The position numbers and the translations under genes were made by a program. Positions 1 through 9,342 of a DNA stretch of 64,000 nt are shown piece by piece (position 1 is the first letter of the stretch; the number at the start of each line of letters is the position of its first letter). Source of the DNA: Candidatus Latescibacterota bacterium (GTDB taxonomy: Bacteria; Latescibacterota; UBA2968); NCBI GenBank assembly GCA_965204375.1, contig OZ241986.1:1824001-1888000 (forward strand), read 5' to 3'. The notes under the pieces are model-generated. The model was not told the DNA's origin and ran no database searches. It saw only the letters and a list, made by a program, of their open reading frames with translations.

Positions 1-377
1 TCGCCGCGATCAATCGCACCCTGAAAAGCCTTCTCAACACCCGGACGATCTCCCAGAGTGCGCATGGTCGTCACGCCCGTGTTCAAATCACTTCGCAAAT
101 TCATCGCACCGCGCAACACAGCCGTTGTCGCATCCAGATCGAAATGCGCGCTCAAAGGCAATTTGAACCGATTGTTAATCGTAATATGCACATGGGAATC
201 AATCAACGCTGGCATCACAGTATATGACGAGCAATCCACCACATCGGCGTCTAAAGGCACATCTACTTCAGTTCCGACATCAACCACGCGTCCCTTGTTC
301 ACCACGACCATCCCCTGCGGAACGGGTACACAATCGGGATGAACAATTAACAATTTGGATTTAATCACTTTTGACAT
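1..377 (-). CDS. Amidohydrolase family protein (5' part; runs off window start)
   Basis: Not in ORF track. Manual translation from ATG 377 gives MSKVIKSKLLIVHPD...VVDCSSYTVMPALIDSHVHITI...GVTTMRTLG, with the typical 'MPxLIDxHxH' metal-binding motif and 'GVTTxR' motif. Confidence 0.85.
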   Translation of the reverse strand, partial: MSKVIKSKLLIVHPDCVPVPQGMVVVNKGRVVDVGTEVDVPLDADVVDCSSYTVMPALIDSHVHITINNRFKLPLSAHFDLDATTAVLRGAMNLRSDLNTGVTTMRTLGDRPGVEKAFQGAIDRG

Positions 378-445
378 ACTTATTTTGTTTGTATAATGTA
401 GGTGGAACAACAAACACCGTCATCTTGATCACCGGAGATCTATTC

Positions 446-1705
446 ATGCAATTTGGCATCTTTTACGAACACCAGATTCCCCGTCCATGGGCAGAAGGCG
501 AAGAACACCAGCTTTTCAAAGACGCGCTCGAACAAGTCGAAGTCGCCGACCGGATCGGCATTGAATATGTTTGGGAAGTTGAACATCACTTTTTGGAAGA
601 ATACTCCCACTCCTCAGCCCCCGAAGTCTTTCTCGCCGCATGTAGCCAACGCTCGAAAAATATCCGCCTGGGACACGGCATTGTACTCATGCCTCCCAAT
701 TACAACCATCCGGCTCGCGTTGCCGAACGCATCGCAACCCTCGACCTGATCAGCGACGGGCGCGTTGAATGGGGCACAGGCGAATCGGCCTCCCGCGCAG
801 AACTCGAGGGATTCAACGTGCCGCCCGGAGAAAAAAAAGCAATGTGGGCGGAAACCGTCCGGGAAACCGCCAAAATGCTCGCATCGGATCCGTATCCCGG
901 ATATGACGGCGAATTTTTCTCAATGCCCGAACGCAACATCTTGCCCAAACCCCTGCAAAAACCCCATCCACCGCTGTGGGTCGCCTGCTCCAACCGCGAA
1001 AGCATTCGCTGGGCGGGAAAACACGGCATTGGCGCGCTCACCTTTGCCTTTATCGAACCCGAAGACGCCAAATACTGGGTTGACGAATACTACACCGCAT
1101 TTGAAAACGAATGTGAACCTCTCGGACAAGCTGTCAACCCCACCATCGCCATGGTCGCTGGATTTATGTGTCACGAAAACGGAGAAAAAGCGCGCGCACA
1201 GGGCCTCGAAGGATTCCAATTTTTCGGCTATGCACTCTCCCATTACTACCGCCACGGGACTCACATCCCCGGCAAATTTGACATCTGGGCAGATTTCCAG
1301 CAAAACAAACCCGAACGGAAAAAAGGTTCGGGATCAGGCTGCATTGGCTCCCCGGACGAAATACGCGCGCACCTCGAATCAATGGAAGAAATCGGCGTCG
1401 ATCAGGTCGTCTTCCTGCAGCAAGCCGGCAACAACAGACACGATCATATATGCGAATCGCTCGAATGTTTCGCTCAAAATGTATTGCCCGACTTCAAAGC
1501 GCGACACGAAATATACGCCGCACAAAAAGCAGAACGACTCGGCCCCGCCATCGAAAAAGCACTTTCTAAAATTCCACCAATTGACAAACCCAAATCCACA
1601 CCCTTCGAAGCCTATCCGCTCTTAAAATCACCCGACGAAAAGCAAGAAGACCTCGAAATTGTGGAATCTGTTGCAGGAAAGAAGATAAAAGAAGACAGCG
1701 AATAG
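446..1705 (+). CDS. Luciferase-like (LLM class) flavin-dependent oxidoreductase
   Basis: MQFGIFYEHQ...WEVEHHF...HPARVAERIATLDLISDGRVEWGTG...PKPLQKPHPPLWVA are LLM motifs. Start moved to ATG 446, which follows GGAG. Confidence 0.9.
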   Translation: MQFGIFYEHQIPRPWAEGEEHQLFKDALEQVEVADRIGIEYVWEVEHHFLEEYSHSSAPEVFLAACSQRSKNIRLGHGIVLMPPNYNHPARVAERIATLDLISDGRVEWGTGESASRAELEGFNVPPGEKKAMWAETVRETAKMLASDPYPGYDGEFFSMPERNILPKPLQKPHPPLWVACSNRESIRWAGKHGIGALTFAFIEPEDAKYWVDEYYTAFENECEPLGQAVNPTIAMVAGFMCHENGEKARAQGLEGFQFFGYALSHYYRHGTHIPGKFDIWADFQQNKPERKKGSGSGCIGSPDEIRAHLESMEEIGVDQVVFLQQAGNNRHDHICESLECFAQNVLPDFKARHEIYAAQKAERLGPAIEKALSKIPPIDKPKSTPFEAYPLLKSPDEKQEDLEIVESVAGKKIKEDSE

Positions 1706-1737
1706 ACGAATCTACGAATCTGCGAATCAACGAACCC
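1698..1737 (+). repeat. Five tandem degenerate 8-mers (RCGAATNN)
   Basis: GCGAATAG ACGAATCT ACGAATCT GCGAATCA ACGAACCC, overlapping the LLM stop codon. Confidence 0.7.
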
Positions 1738-1780
1738 CGCCCATCCTCCCAAAATCAGGGTGTATTGCCATTCGTCTATG

Positions 1781-1806
1781 AACTGGTCTGGAAAACGACC
1801 AGTTTT
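1781..1806. terminator. Hairpin between convergent genes
   Basis: AACTGGTC-TGGAAAAC-GACCAGTT followed by TT. Confidence 0.4.
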
Positions 1807-3022
1807 ACCCCGTTCCGTCTATTCGTCCAATCGCCTCGCGCACTGCTTCTATCGTATCTTCAATATCCGCTTCCGTATGTGCCAGAGAGAGAAACATCGG
1901 ATGCGAGGGATGTAAGTAATACCCCTGTGCAAGACATCCCCGCAACATCTTCATGCAGCGATCGCGGTCAGAATCGTCTATCGCGGGACGCGGCATTGGC
2001 CCGACGCCAATGAGATGATAACTCAGTCCCTCTGCTTTGCAAACAGCGTTGATGCCTTCGATCAATCGATTCCCAATCTTCCATTGATAGGCAATCCCAT
2101 TCCGCCTCTGCAGTTCCCCTATCACGACCTCCATTGCCGTCAAACTGAGCGGATCTCCGTGCGCGGTACCTGTCATCCACACCGACTGGCATGCTTTTGA
2201 TCCCAGAATCTCGCGCTTCCCGGCAATAAAACTCCCGGCATACCCATTGCAACAGGCTTTGCCAAACGTCGCAATATCGGGTACAACCCCATAATATTCA
2301 CCTGCGCCGCCCATCGCCACGCGAAAACCCACCTTTGTCTCGTCAAACACGCAGACTGCGCCGTGTGCATGTGCCAGATCCACACACCCTTGCAAAAACC
2401 CATCCGGCGGCCCGCTCCCTTGAATCGTCTCCACCACCACACACGCCACCTGATTGTCATACTTCTTCAAACGCGATTCCAGAGCGTCTAAATCGCCGTA
2501 GGAAACCGCACAGGTCAACTCGCTGACGGATTTCGGGACACCCTCATCGTCCGGACGCGCCCAATCGTGCCAGCCGTGATACCCACACATAATCACTCTA
2601 TCGCGCCCCGTATATACCCGCGACAGGCGCACCGCACTGGAAGTCGCTGCACTGCCCCCAATAAAAAAACCCACCATCTCTGCACACGGAATCACCTCGA
2701 TGAGCAATTCTGCAACCGCCAACTCCCTGGGATGTGCCAGACTGTACACCGTGCCATTCGCCACCTGCTCGTGTATTGCACGGCACACAGCAGGATCATC
2801 ATACCCCAGAACAATCGGCCCGAAACCCATTACATAATCCAAAAACTCATTGCCATCCACATCCCAAAACCGCGCCCCTGCCGCACGCTGTACAAATGCG
2901 GGGTAGTCCATATCGACCTGACCAAAAATATTCTTATGCGGAATGTATCCGCGCACCAGAACATCGCCATAGCGATTCAACAGAGCCTTTGATTTTGCAA
3001 TCGTATAATTCTTTTTTGACAT
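1805..3022 (-). CDS. Class III PLP-dependent aminotransferase (glutamate-1-semialdehyde aminomutase-like)
   Basis: GARFWDVDGNEFLDY, GYHGWHD, FDET, PDIATFGKA (PLP lysine). Start at ATG 3022, which follows GGAGGAGG. Confidence 0.88.
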   Translation of the reverse strand: MSKKNYTIAKSKALLNRYGDVLVRGYIPHKNIFGQVDMDYPAFVQRAAGARFWDVDGNEFLDYVMGFGPIVLGYDDPAVCRAIHEQVANGTVYSLAHPRELAVAELLIEVIPCAEMVGFFIGGSAATSSAVRLSRVYTGRDRVIMCGYHGWHDWARPDDEGVPKSVSELTCAVSYGDLDALESRLKKYDNQVACVVVETIQGSGPPDGFLQGCVDLAHAHGAVCVFDETKVGFRVAMGGAGEYYGVVPDIATFGKACCNGYAGSFIAGKREILGSKACQSVWMTGTAHGDPLSLTAMEVVIGELQRRNGIAYQWKIGNRLIEGINAVCKAEGLSYHLIGVGPMPRPAIDDSDRDRCMKMLRGCLAQGYYLHPSHPMFLSLAHTEADIEDTIEAVREAIGRIDGTG

Positions 3023-3200
3023 TTCGACCTCCTCCGCGCGTAAATTGAACCTCTTTTTTAACAAACAACCTTCTCACACAGACACAAGCACAAAATAGAC
3101 TGCTTCCACGCTCCTATTGTACTTGCCCCCCGTCTTTTCTTGTCTTATCCTATTTTCGAACTGCGACCAGTTGCGTCTCTCACTTCTCACAGGATAATTT

Positions 3201-4235
3201 ATGCCGCGCGAACTCATTGCAGACCGGCCGGGACACACGACATTGCGAGAATACGACGAAGAGCCCCTCAAACGCGATCAAGTGCGCGCAAAAAGCTCGT
3301 TTTCAGCAGTAAAACACGGCACGGAGTTCCGGGGTTTCCAGGCCAACACGCTCGATGCGTCCGATGTTTTTAGCTGGGAATGGCGCATGCACATGCGCGG
3401 ACAAAAACAGAAAGAGGCGTTTCCAAAACGGCTGGGCAATATGTACGTCGCCGAAGTGACAGACGTGGGACAAGACGTATCAAATATTCGGGTGGGAGAT
3501 CGGATTTTTGGTCATGGTCCCGTTCGAGAGACGCATACACTCTCGGCGGACCGCGTAGAAAAAGCACCGGATGAAGTCTCGTGGCAGGCTCTAATGGCTA
3601 CAGACCCCGCAGGCGTTGCCCTCGGCGGCGTCAGAGATGCCAATATTCGCATTGGGGATCGCGTCGCGGTCTTTGGCCTGGGAGCAATTGGACTAATGAC
3701 CGTACAACTCGCCCGCATCGCAGGCGCGCGCTGGGTTGCGGCAATTGACCCCATAGAAAAGCGATGCTTGATTTCCGAAGCCTACGGTGCAGACACCGTC
3801 CTGGACCCGCGCGAAGCTGATGTGGGCCTGGTCATTAAACAAGCCACCGCAAAACTCGGCGTCGATGTATCCATGGAAACCAGTGGATCGTCCGCCGCAA
3901 TGACCGATGCACTGCGCTCAACGCGCTATCAGGGCACGGTTGTATCCACGGCATATTACAATGCCCCCATGCAAAACCTGCATTTAACCGGTGAATGGCA
4001 TCGCAATCGGATTCAGATTATATCCGTGAGATCCGACAGCGAACCCTGGATGGATTACGGATGGGACAAAAAGCGCGGAAATAAAGAAGCCTACGACCTG
4101 CTCGTTGAAGGCCGTCTAAACGCCGAGGGCTTAATCGATCCCATCGTGCCATTTAATCGCGTTGCCGAAGCCTATATGCAAATGAATGAACACCCGGAAA
4201 CGGGCATCAAACTCGGTGTGGATCATTCCCTTTAA
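3201..4235 (+). CDS. Medium-chain dehydrogenase/reductase (alcohol-dehydrogenase-like)
   Basis: GroES-like N-terminus (VGDRIF) and Rossmann motif VAVFGLGAIG; GVDVSMETSG. Confidence 0.85.
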   Translation: MPRELIADRPGHTTLREYDEEPLKRDQVRAKSSFSAVKHGTEFRGFQANTLDASDVFSWEWRMHMRGQKQKEAFPKRLGNMYVAEVTDVGQDVSNIRVGDRIFGHGPVRETHTLSADRVEKAPDEVSWQALMATDPAGVALGGVRDANIRIGDRVAVFGLGAIGLMTVQLARIAGARWVAAIDPIEKRCLISEAYGADTVLDPREADVGLVIKQATAKLGVDVSMETSGSSAAMTDALRSTRYQGTVVSTAYYNAPMQNLHLTGEWHRNRIQIISVRSDSEPWMDYGWDKKRGNKEAYDLLVEGRLNAEGLIDPIVPFNRVAEAYMQMNEHPETGIKLGVDHSL

Positions 4236-6724
4236 TGGGTGATCTCACCACTTTAGTCATGCAAAAAATTCAAACCATAGCGATATGTCTATCCATCTTG
4301 TTGACCACCGCGAACCTGCTGGCGAGTGAGGGCACAGTGCAGCAAGTTTCGGGAGACCTTGTTTACGTCACGGGCATGAACGGTTTGGCTCCGCTCTGGT
4401 CAAATCTCACAGTGCAGAATGGACAGGACACAGGCGCGGAACTCGAAGTCATCAAAGAATTGCCAGAACTGGTCGTAACGAGAATCGTAGAGGCCAATGG
4501 AACAGCGGTGAATACCGGTGATGTGGTCGCACTGAGTAGTACACAATCACATGCGCCAGCGCGGAAATCCAGGCGAACTGTTTACGCCACCCGCGTTGAC
4601 AAAAATCCAACTGTAGATGGCGTACTGGACGACGCCATATGGTCGCAGGCGACGCCGATCAGGGGCTTTGTCCAGCGCGATCCAAACTACTGGATGCCGA
4701 GTCCCGAACAAACGGTCGTGCGAATTATCTACACGGACAAAAGCATCTACTTTGGTTTTGAATGCCTCGTCCCGGACTCCTCTCAATTAATCGCAAATAA
4801 CATGCGACGAGATTCCGAAATCCGCGGCGATGACAATATTCAAATCCTGCTCGACACGTACAATGATCGACAAAATGGCTTCTTTTTCTCTGTCAATCCC
4901 CTTGGGGCGCAAAGCGACTTAATGCTCTCCAACGAGGGGCGAACCTATAACCGCGATTGGGATTGCAATTGGGTTGCACGCACCAAACACTATCCCGACC
5001 GATGGACAGTCGAAATCGAAATTCCGTTTAGCCAATTGCGGTTTAAGCAAGCAGACGACGTCACATGGGGCATCAACCTCGCGCGTTATCTTGCCCGAAA
5101 AAATCTGGCGACCCAACTCGTCGTCGGTCTGCAAAGTTCCTCATCTACAGAGCGGTATCGCATGGCGGACATCGGCGAACTCCACGGCCTCCAACACATT
5201 CGCGCCAGACGCCCTATTTACCTCAAACCCTATGCTTTGCCGGGCACGACCATCGACGACCAGGCAACCAGCCCCTCTGAAAGCCGCACCTTTGAAACGG
5301 GCCTTGATCTGCGCTATGGCATCACGTCAAATATCTCGCTCGACTTATCGTACAACACGGATTTCGCACAGGTAGAAGGCGACCAGGAACAAACCAACCT
5401 GACGCAGTTCCGCCTCTTCTTCCCCGAAAAACGCGAGTTCTTCCTCGAAGGGGCCAACCTCTTCCAATTTGGCGAACAATCGCGAGTAACCGGCAGCGGT
5501 ACCAGACCGCCCACCCTCCTCTTTTACACCAGACGCATCGGCCTTGAAAAAGGCAAAAAAATCCCGATTATCGTGGGTTCAAAAATCGCCGGAAAAGAAG
5601 GGCGAACCAGTATTGGCGGCCTCAATGTGCTGACCGATGCAGCATTATTTGCAGAAGATGGCGATACAGTCCAGGTACACCGCACCAACTACTCGGTAAT
5701 CAGAATAAGACGCGACGTATTCGCGCGGTCAAACTTCGGTTTCATCATGGTCAACAAACAAATTGATGACCCTCACAAGGGATGGAACCAGTACAACCGC
5801 GCGGGCGGCATTGATTTCAACTATTCCCCAACTACAAACCTGAATTTCCAGGCCTTTGTAGCGCGAACATGGGATTCACAGGTTGAAAACGCAGACGATG
5901 CGCGATTTGTCTCTATGAACTATCGCGGCACCAAGTATTGGGCGCGGCTCAAATTTCTCGATGTCGAGGAACAATTTGAACCCGCCGTGGGATTCATCAA
6001 TCGCAGAAGTGGATTGGAGGGTTTCAGGCGCTATGACCTCTATGCCCGGTACAGACCCAGGCCGAAATTCGCCAATATTCGCTACATGTCTATCGGTCCC
6101 GAAGCGCAAATCTTTACGGACCAAAACAACAATGTGAAATACTGGACAGCCGAACTCTCGACATTTACCATCTTCAATACCGGCGACTACTGGCGGTTCG
6201 AATTAAAGCGCACGCACGACGTGGTCGATGAGGCATTCGAGCCATCCGCACGCCGCAAAGATGTGAGCATTCCCGCCGGAAAATATACCTTCACGACATT
6301 TGTCACGGGACCGCGTCCCAGCCGAGCCAGAAAACTGCGGCCCGGCATTGTTCTCGAGGTCGGCACGTACTATACGGGAAGACGCTATACCATACGCTCG
6401 GAAAGCTCTTTTCGCCCCTCTGGCCGACTGTCTTATGAAGCGGAATATCAGGGCGACTGGGTCCGACTTCCGCAGGGTAACTTTAACATCCACACACTCA
6501 GCAATCGCCTGCAGTACTCCTTTTCCACAGACTTTTTTGTCAAACTCTTTGTGCAGTGGAACAACGACAAAGAGTTCGCAAGCGCGAATTTTCTTCTCAA
6601 CTACCGATATCGCCCCGGCAGCGACATCTTTCTCGTCTTCGACAGCGCTTATGGCACCGACCCGACTTTAACCCGGCGAAACCGCTCGGTACTTCTCAAA
6701 CTCTCCTATCTCCTGGGTCTGTGA
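4235..6724 (+). CDS. Outer-membrane/secreted protein with CBM9-like sugar-binding domain and DUF5916-like barrel
   Basis: Signal peptide (likely start ATG 4259); PTVDGVLDDAIW; WTVEIEIPFSQLRF; NTDFAQVE; FFPEKREFFLEG; LLFYTRRIG; C-terminal KLSYL. Confidence 0.75.
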   Translation: MGDLTTLVMQKIQTIAICLSILLTTANLLASEGTVQQVSGDLVYVTGMNGLAPLWSNLTVQNGQDTGAELEVIKELPELVVTRIVEANGTAVNTGDVVALSSTQSHAPARKSRRTVYATRVDKNPTVDGVLDDAIWSQATPIRGFVQRDPNYWMPSPEQTVVRIIYTDKSIYFGFECLVPDSSQLIANNMRRDSEIRGDDNIQILLDTYNDRQNGFFFSVNPLGAQSDLMLSNEGRTYNRDWDCNWVARTKHYPDRWTVEIEIPFSQLRFKQADDVTWGINLARYLARKNLATQLVVGLQSSSSTERYRMADIGELHGLQHIRARRPIYLKPYALPGTTIDDQATSPSESRTFETGLDLRYGITSNISLDLSYNTDFAQVEGDQEQTNLTQFRLFFPEKREFFLEGANLFQFGEQSRVTGSGTRPPTLLFYTRRIGLEKGKKIPIIVGSKIAGKEGRTSIGGLNVLTDAALFAEDGDTVQVHRTNYSVIRIRRDVFARSNFGFIMVNKQIDDPHKGWNQYNRAGGIDFNYSPTTNLNFQAFVARTWDSQVENADDARFVSMNYRGTKYWARLKFLDVEEQFEPAVGFINRRSGLEGFRRYDLYARYRPRPKFANIRYMSIGPEAQIFTDQNNNVKYWTAELSTFTIFNTGDYWRFELKRTHDVVDEAFEPSARRKDVSIPAGKYTFTTFVTGPRPSRARKLRPGIVLEVGTYYTGRRYTIRSESSFRPSGRLSYEAEYQGDWVRLPQGNFNIHTLSNRLQYSFSTDFFVKLFVQWNNDKEFASANFLLNYRYRPGSDIFLVFDSAYGTDPTLTRRNRSVLLKLSYLLGL

Positions 6725-6729
6725 GGAAT

Positions 6730-7914
6730 CTAATATTCACCTATTCGTCTAACAGCCAGCGCGACGGCCTCGCCTCCGCCAATGCACAGTGAGGCAATGC
6801 CAATGCGCTTGTCGGTGCGTTTCAGAGCGTGAATAAGAGTTACGAGAATGCGCGTGCCGCTCGCCCCAATGGGATGTCCCAGTGCAACAGCACCGCCATT
6901 GACATTGAGTTTTTCCGCCGGGATGCCCAAGTCATGGGCTGCCGCCATTGGAACGCCGGAAAAGGCTTCGTTGATCTCAAACAGATCGATATCCGAGACC
7001 GCAAGGGAGAGCCTGGACAGAAGTTTGGAAATGGCACCGATAGGCGTGAGCGTGAACCACTCCGGCTCCTGTGCGTGTGTGGCATACCCCAAAATCTCAA
7101 CTTCGGGTGCAATACCACAATCTTCTGCTTTTTCGCCTGAAAGGACGATAACAGACGCCGCGCCATCGTTTATACTCGACGCATTGCCGGGCGTCACAGT
7201 GCCGTCTTTTGAAAACGCAGGGCGCAGTTGGCGGAGTTTGCACTCGTCAAATCTCAGGGGTTCTTCATCCTGGTCTATGGTCGTAATAGTCTTGCCAGAA
7301 GATGCTTTTACGGGTACAATCTCGCTGCGAAATCGGCCTTCTTTATCGGCGCGAAGTGCTCTTTTATAACTTCTGATGGCAAAATCATCCTGGTCTGCGC
7401 GTGAAAAATCGTAGCGTTCAGCACACCGGTCACCACATGTGCCCATGTGCAAATCATTGTACACATCCCATAAGCCATCGCGGATCATTGAGTCAACGAG
7501 TTCGCCTGTCCCCAGTCTGTAACCCGTTCGCGCATTTTCGAGAAGATAGGGCGCGCGGCTCATGTTTTCCGTGCCTCCTGCGAGAATCAAGTCGGCATCG
7601 CCACACTGGATAGCCTGCGCGGCGAGCATAACGGATTTGAGGCCCGAACCACAAACTTTATTAATCGTTGTCGCCCCCACCGACGTATCGAGACCCGCGC
7701 CAATAGCAACTTGACGCGCGACATTTTGACCCAGCCCCGCACTGAGCACATTGCCAAAAATTACTTCATCGACTTCATCGCCGATCAGGCCCGCCTGCGC
7801 TATCGAAGCTGCCGCGACCACACTGCCCAATTCAGGTGCAGATACCTCGGCAAAGCCGCCCATAAATCCGCCAATAGCTGTGCGCTTGCTCCCGGCGATA
7901 TAAATGTGTTTCAT
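6730..7914 (-). CDS. Acetyl-CoA C-acetyltransferase (thiolase)
   Basis: NKVCGSG (catalytic Cys), EINEAF, GHPIGASG, CIGGG. Start at ATG 7914, which follows GGAGGA. Confidence 0.95.
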   Translation of the reverse strand: MKHIYIAGSKRTAIGGFMGGFAEVSAPELGSVVAAASIAQAGLIGDEVDEVIFGNVLSAGLGQNVARQVAIGAGLDTSVGATTINKVCGSGLKSVMLAAQAIQCGDADLILAGGTENMSRAPYLLENARTGYRLGTGELVDSMIRDGLWDVYNDLHMGTCGDRCAERYDFSRADQDDFAIRSYKRALRADKEGRFRSEIVPVKASSGKTITTIDQDEEPLRFDECKLRQLRPAFSKDGTVTPGNASSINDGAASVIVLSGEKAEDCGIAPEVEILGYATHAQEPEWFTLTPIGAISKLLSRLSLAVSDIDLFEINEAFSGVPMAAAHDLGIPAEKLNVNGGAVALGHPIGASGTRILVTLIHALKRTDKRIGIASLCIGGGEAVALAVRRIGEY

Positions 7915-7988
7915 GGTCATTCCTCCATTTTGTAAGGCTATCCAAGATACATTCAGAACGGGAAATGACGCAAGAAATAAGAGGTAGA

Positions 7989-8339
7989 ATGAAATATTTA
8001 ATCGCCATTGCCCTGTGTAGTATCCTGTGCGCCTCAATCCTCATGATAGCCTGTTCTGCACCCCCCGATGGCCAAACTGTATTTATCGAATCGGGCTGTA
8101 CAAGATGCCATGAAATCAATGGCTCTGGCGGATCTCAAGGACCGCAATTAGAGGGCCTGCAAAGCAAATGGACACCCGAATCACTGGAAGAATTTCTGAC
8201 TGATCCTCCTGCTTACGCAAAAAACGATCCCCGATTGCTGGCGTATCAAAAAAAATACCCAACGCCAATGCCCAGACTTGAAATCGCGCCTGCACGGCGA
8301 AAAATACTCGTCCAATATCTCCTTAAAAGGTATCCATGA
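7989..8339 (+). CDS. Monoheme cytochrome c, probable lipoprotein
   Basis: CTRCH heme motif, GPQL, distal Met in PMP; hydrophobic leader ending LMIAC. ATG 7989 follows GAGG. Confidence 0.85.
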   Translation: MKYLIAIALCSILCASILMIACSAPPDGQTVFIESGCTRCHEINGSGGSQGPQLEGLQSKWTPESLEEFLTDPPAYAKNDPRLLAYQKKYPTPMPRLEIAPARRKILVQYLLKRYP

Positions 8340-8656
8340 GAAATCAGATCGATAAAAAATACGAGCGGATATACAGAGAAGTTGCCAAAATCCCCGAAGG
8401 TACTGTGGCAACTTATGGACAGATTGCCGAGCGGGTTGGGTGTGGACCGCGCGAAGTGGGCAGAGCGCTATCGGAATTGCCGCCGCATACATCCTGTCCC
8501 TGGCATCGGGTCATCAACGCGCGGGGAATGGTATCCATCCGCAGTGGGAATCACACGGCACATCACGACCAGGAAGCCCGCCTTGAACGAGAAGGCATTG
8601 TATTTGTCAATGGCCGCGTCGATCTCGAAATTTACAGGTGGGAGACAGATTTTTAA
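8336..8656 (+). CDS. Alkyltransferase-like protein (MGMT family, Atl1/YbaZ type)
   Basis: IPEGTVATYGQIA, PREVGRAL, and PWHRV with Trp in place of the catalytic Cys of PCHRV. ATGA overlap with the upstream gene. Confidence 0.9.
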   Translation: MRNQIDKKYERIYREVAKIPEGTVATYGQIAERVGCGPREVGRALSELPPHTSCPWHRVINARGMVSIRSGNHTAHHDQEARLEREGIVFVNGRVDLEIYRWETDF

Positions 8657-8700
8657 GGCATGAATGCAATATCACCAGCAAGAGCGTGCAAATTTGTGTA

Positions 8701-8729
8701 TTGACAAGGGTACCCGGTTTTTTTATCAT
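8701..8729 (+). promoter_or_regulatory. Sigma70-type promoter for hup-bS22-tRNA
   Basis: TTGACA (8701-8706), 17-nt spacer, TATCAT (8724-8729). Confidence 0.75.
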
Positions 8730-8780
8730 TCACGCGCTTAGGGGAGAAATACGTCTGTAAATAATGAGAAAGGGGATGCA

Positions 8781-9077
8781 GTGACCAAAGCTGATATTGT
8801 CAATCAGATTGCCGATGCTACGGGGTTGACCAAAACAGATACTTCTGTCGTTGTAGAGGGCTTTCTCGCCTCGCTCATTGCGGCAATGCAGCAGGGTGAA
8901 CACATCGAAATTCGCGGTTTTGGCACATTTAAGATCGTGCACCGCGCACCGCGCACAGGTCGCAATCCCAAAACGGGTGAGGTTGTCAAAATCCCCTCGC
9001 GCGCAATGCCCGTGTTCAAGCCCTCACGCGAACTGCGTAATTCTATTTCTGAGGTTTCTGTTCTTCCATCCAGCTAA
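8781..9077 (+). CDS. hup: HU/IHF family DNA-binding protein
   Basis: MTKADIV...IEIRGFGTF...RTGRNPKTGE...PVFKPSREL. Confidence 0.93.
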   Translation: MTKADIVNQIADATGLTKTDTSVVVEGFLASLIAAMQQGEHIEIRGFGTFKIVHRAPRTGRNPKTGEVVKIPSRAMPVFKPSRELRNSISEVSVLPSS

Positions 9078-9098
9078 TGCACCCACAGGAGGTAGCTC

Positions 9099-9191
9099 TT
9101 GCCCAGCGGAAAAAAGCGCAAACGCGCAAAAATCGCAACGCATAAGCGAAAAAAAAGGCGCCGAAGAGACCGACATAAAAAGAGAATCTAA
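9099..9191 (+). CDS. 30S ribosomal protein bS22-like (DUF1713/AURKAIP1-COX24 family), 30 aa
   Basis: Below the ORF track cutoff. AGGAGG at 9087-9092, TTG start, MPSGKKRKRAKIATHKRKKRRRRDRHKKRI*. Resembles the Bacteroidota bS22 pattern MPSGKKRKRHKxATHKRKKR. Confidence 0.88.
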   Translation: MPSGKKRKRAKIATHKRKKRRRRDRHKKRI

Positions 9192-9212
9192 AGGCGAGAT
9201 ACTACACTGGTG

Positions 9213-9319
9213 TTATGGATTTAGCCCCTGACCTTGGACCTGGATATGCCGGCGTTTTCAGCCACAAACGGCTGTGATACACGCTGGTATAGACCATGAA
9301 GGTAGGGGCCTATCCATAG
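9213..9319 (+). ncRNA. Candidate structured RNA (long imperfect hairpin), family unassigned
   Basis: Nested pairings: TATGGAT/ATCCATA, GCCCCT/AGGGGC, ACCTT/AAGGT, TGG/CCA, TATGCCGGCGT/ACGCTGGTATA, CAGCC/GGCTG. Confidence 0.5.
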
Positions 9320-9342
9320 TCTGCCCGTCAGAGGGGTCATCT

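Noticed and set aside
58-342. 94-aa + strand ORF in the track
   Set aside because: It is the antisense shadow of the minus-strand amidohydrolase (1-377), which has clear family motifs.
7989-8656. Cytochrome c overlapping the alkyltransferase-like gene (ATGA) as a functional pair
   Set aside because: No plausible shared pathway, and such overlaps are common in compact genomes.
8878-9231. 117-aa ORF overlapping hup
   Set aside because: Out-of-frame overlap with hup and the bS22-like gene, with no recognisable motifs.
9235-9256. TPP-riboswitch-like words (GACCTG...GGATATGCCGGCGT)
   Set aside because: The CTGAGA motif and the closing AGGGA are missing, and no thiamine-related gene lies downstream.
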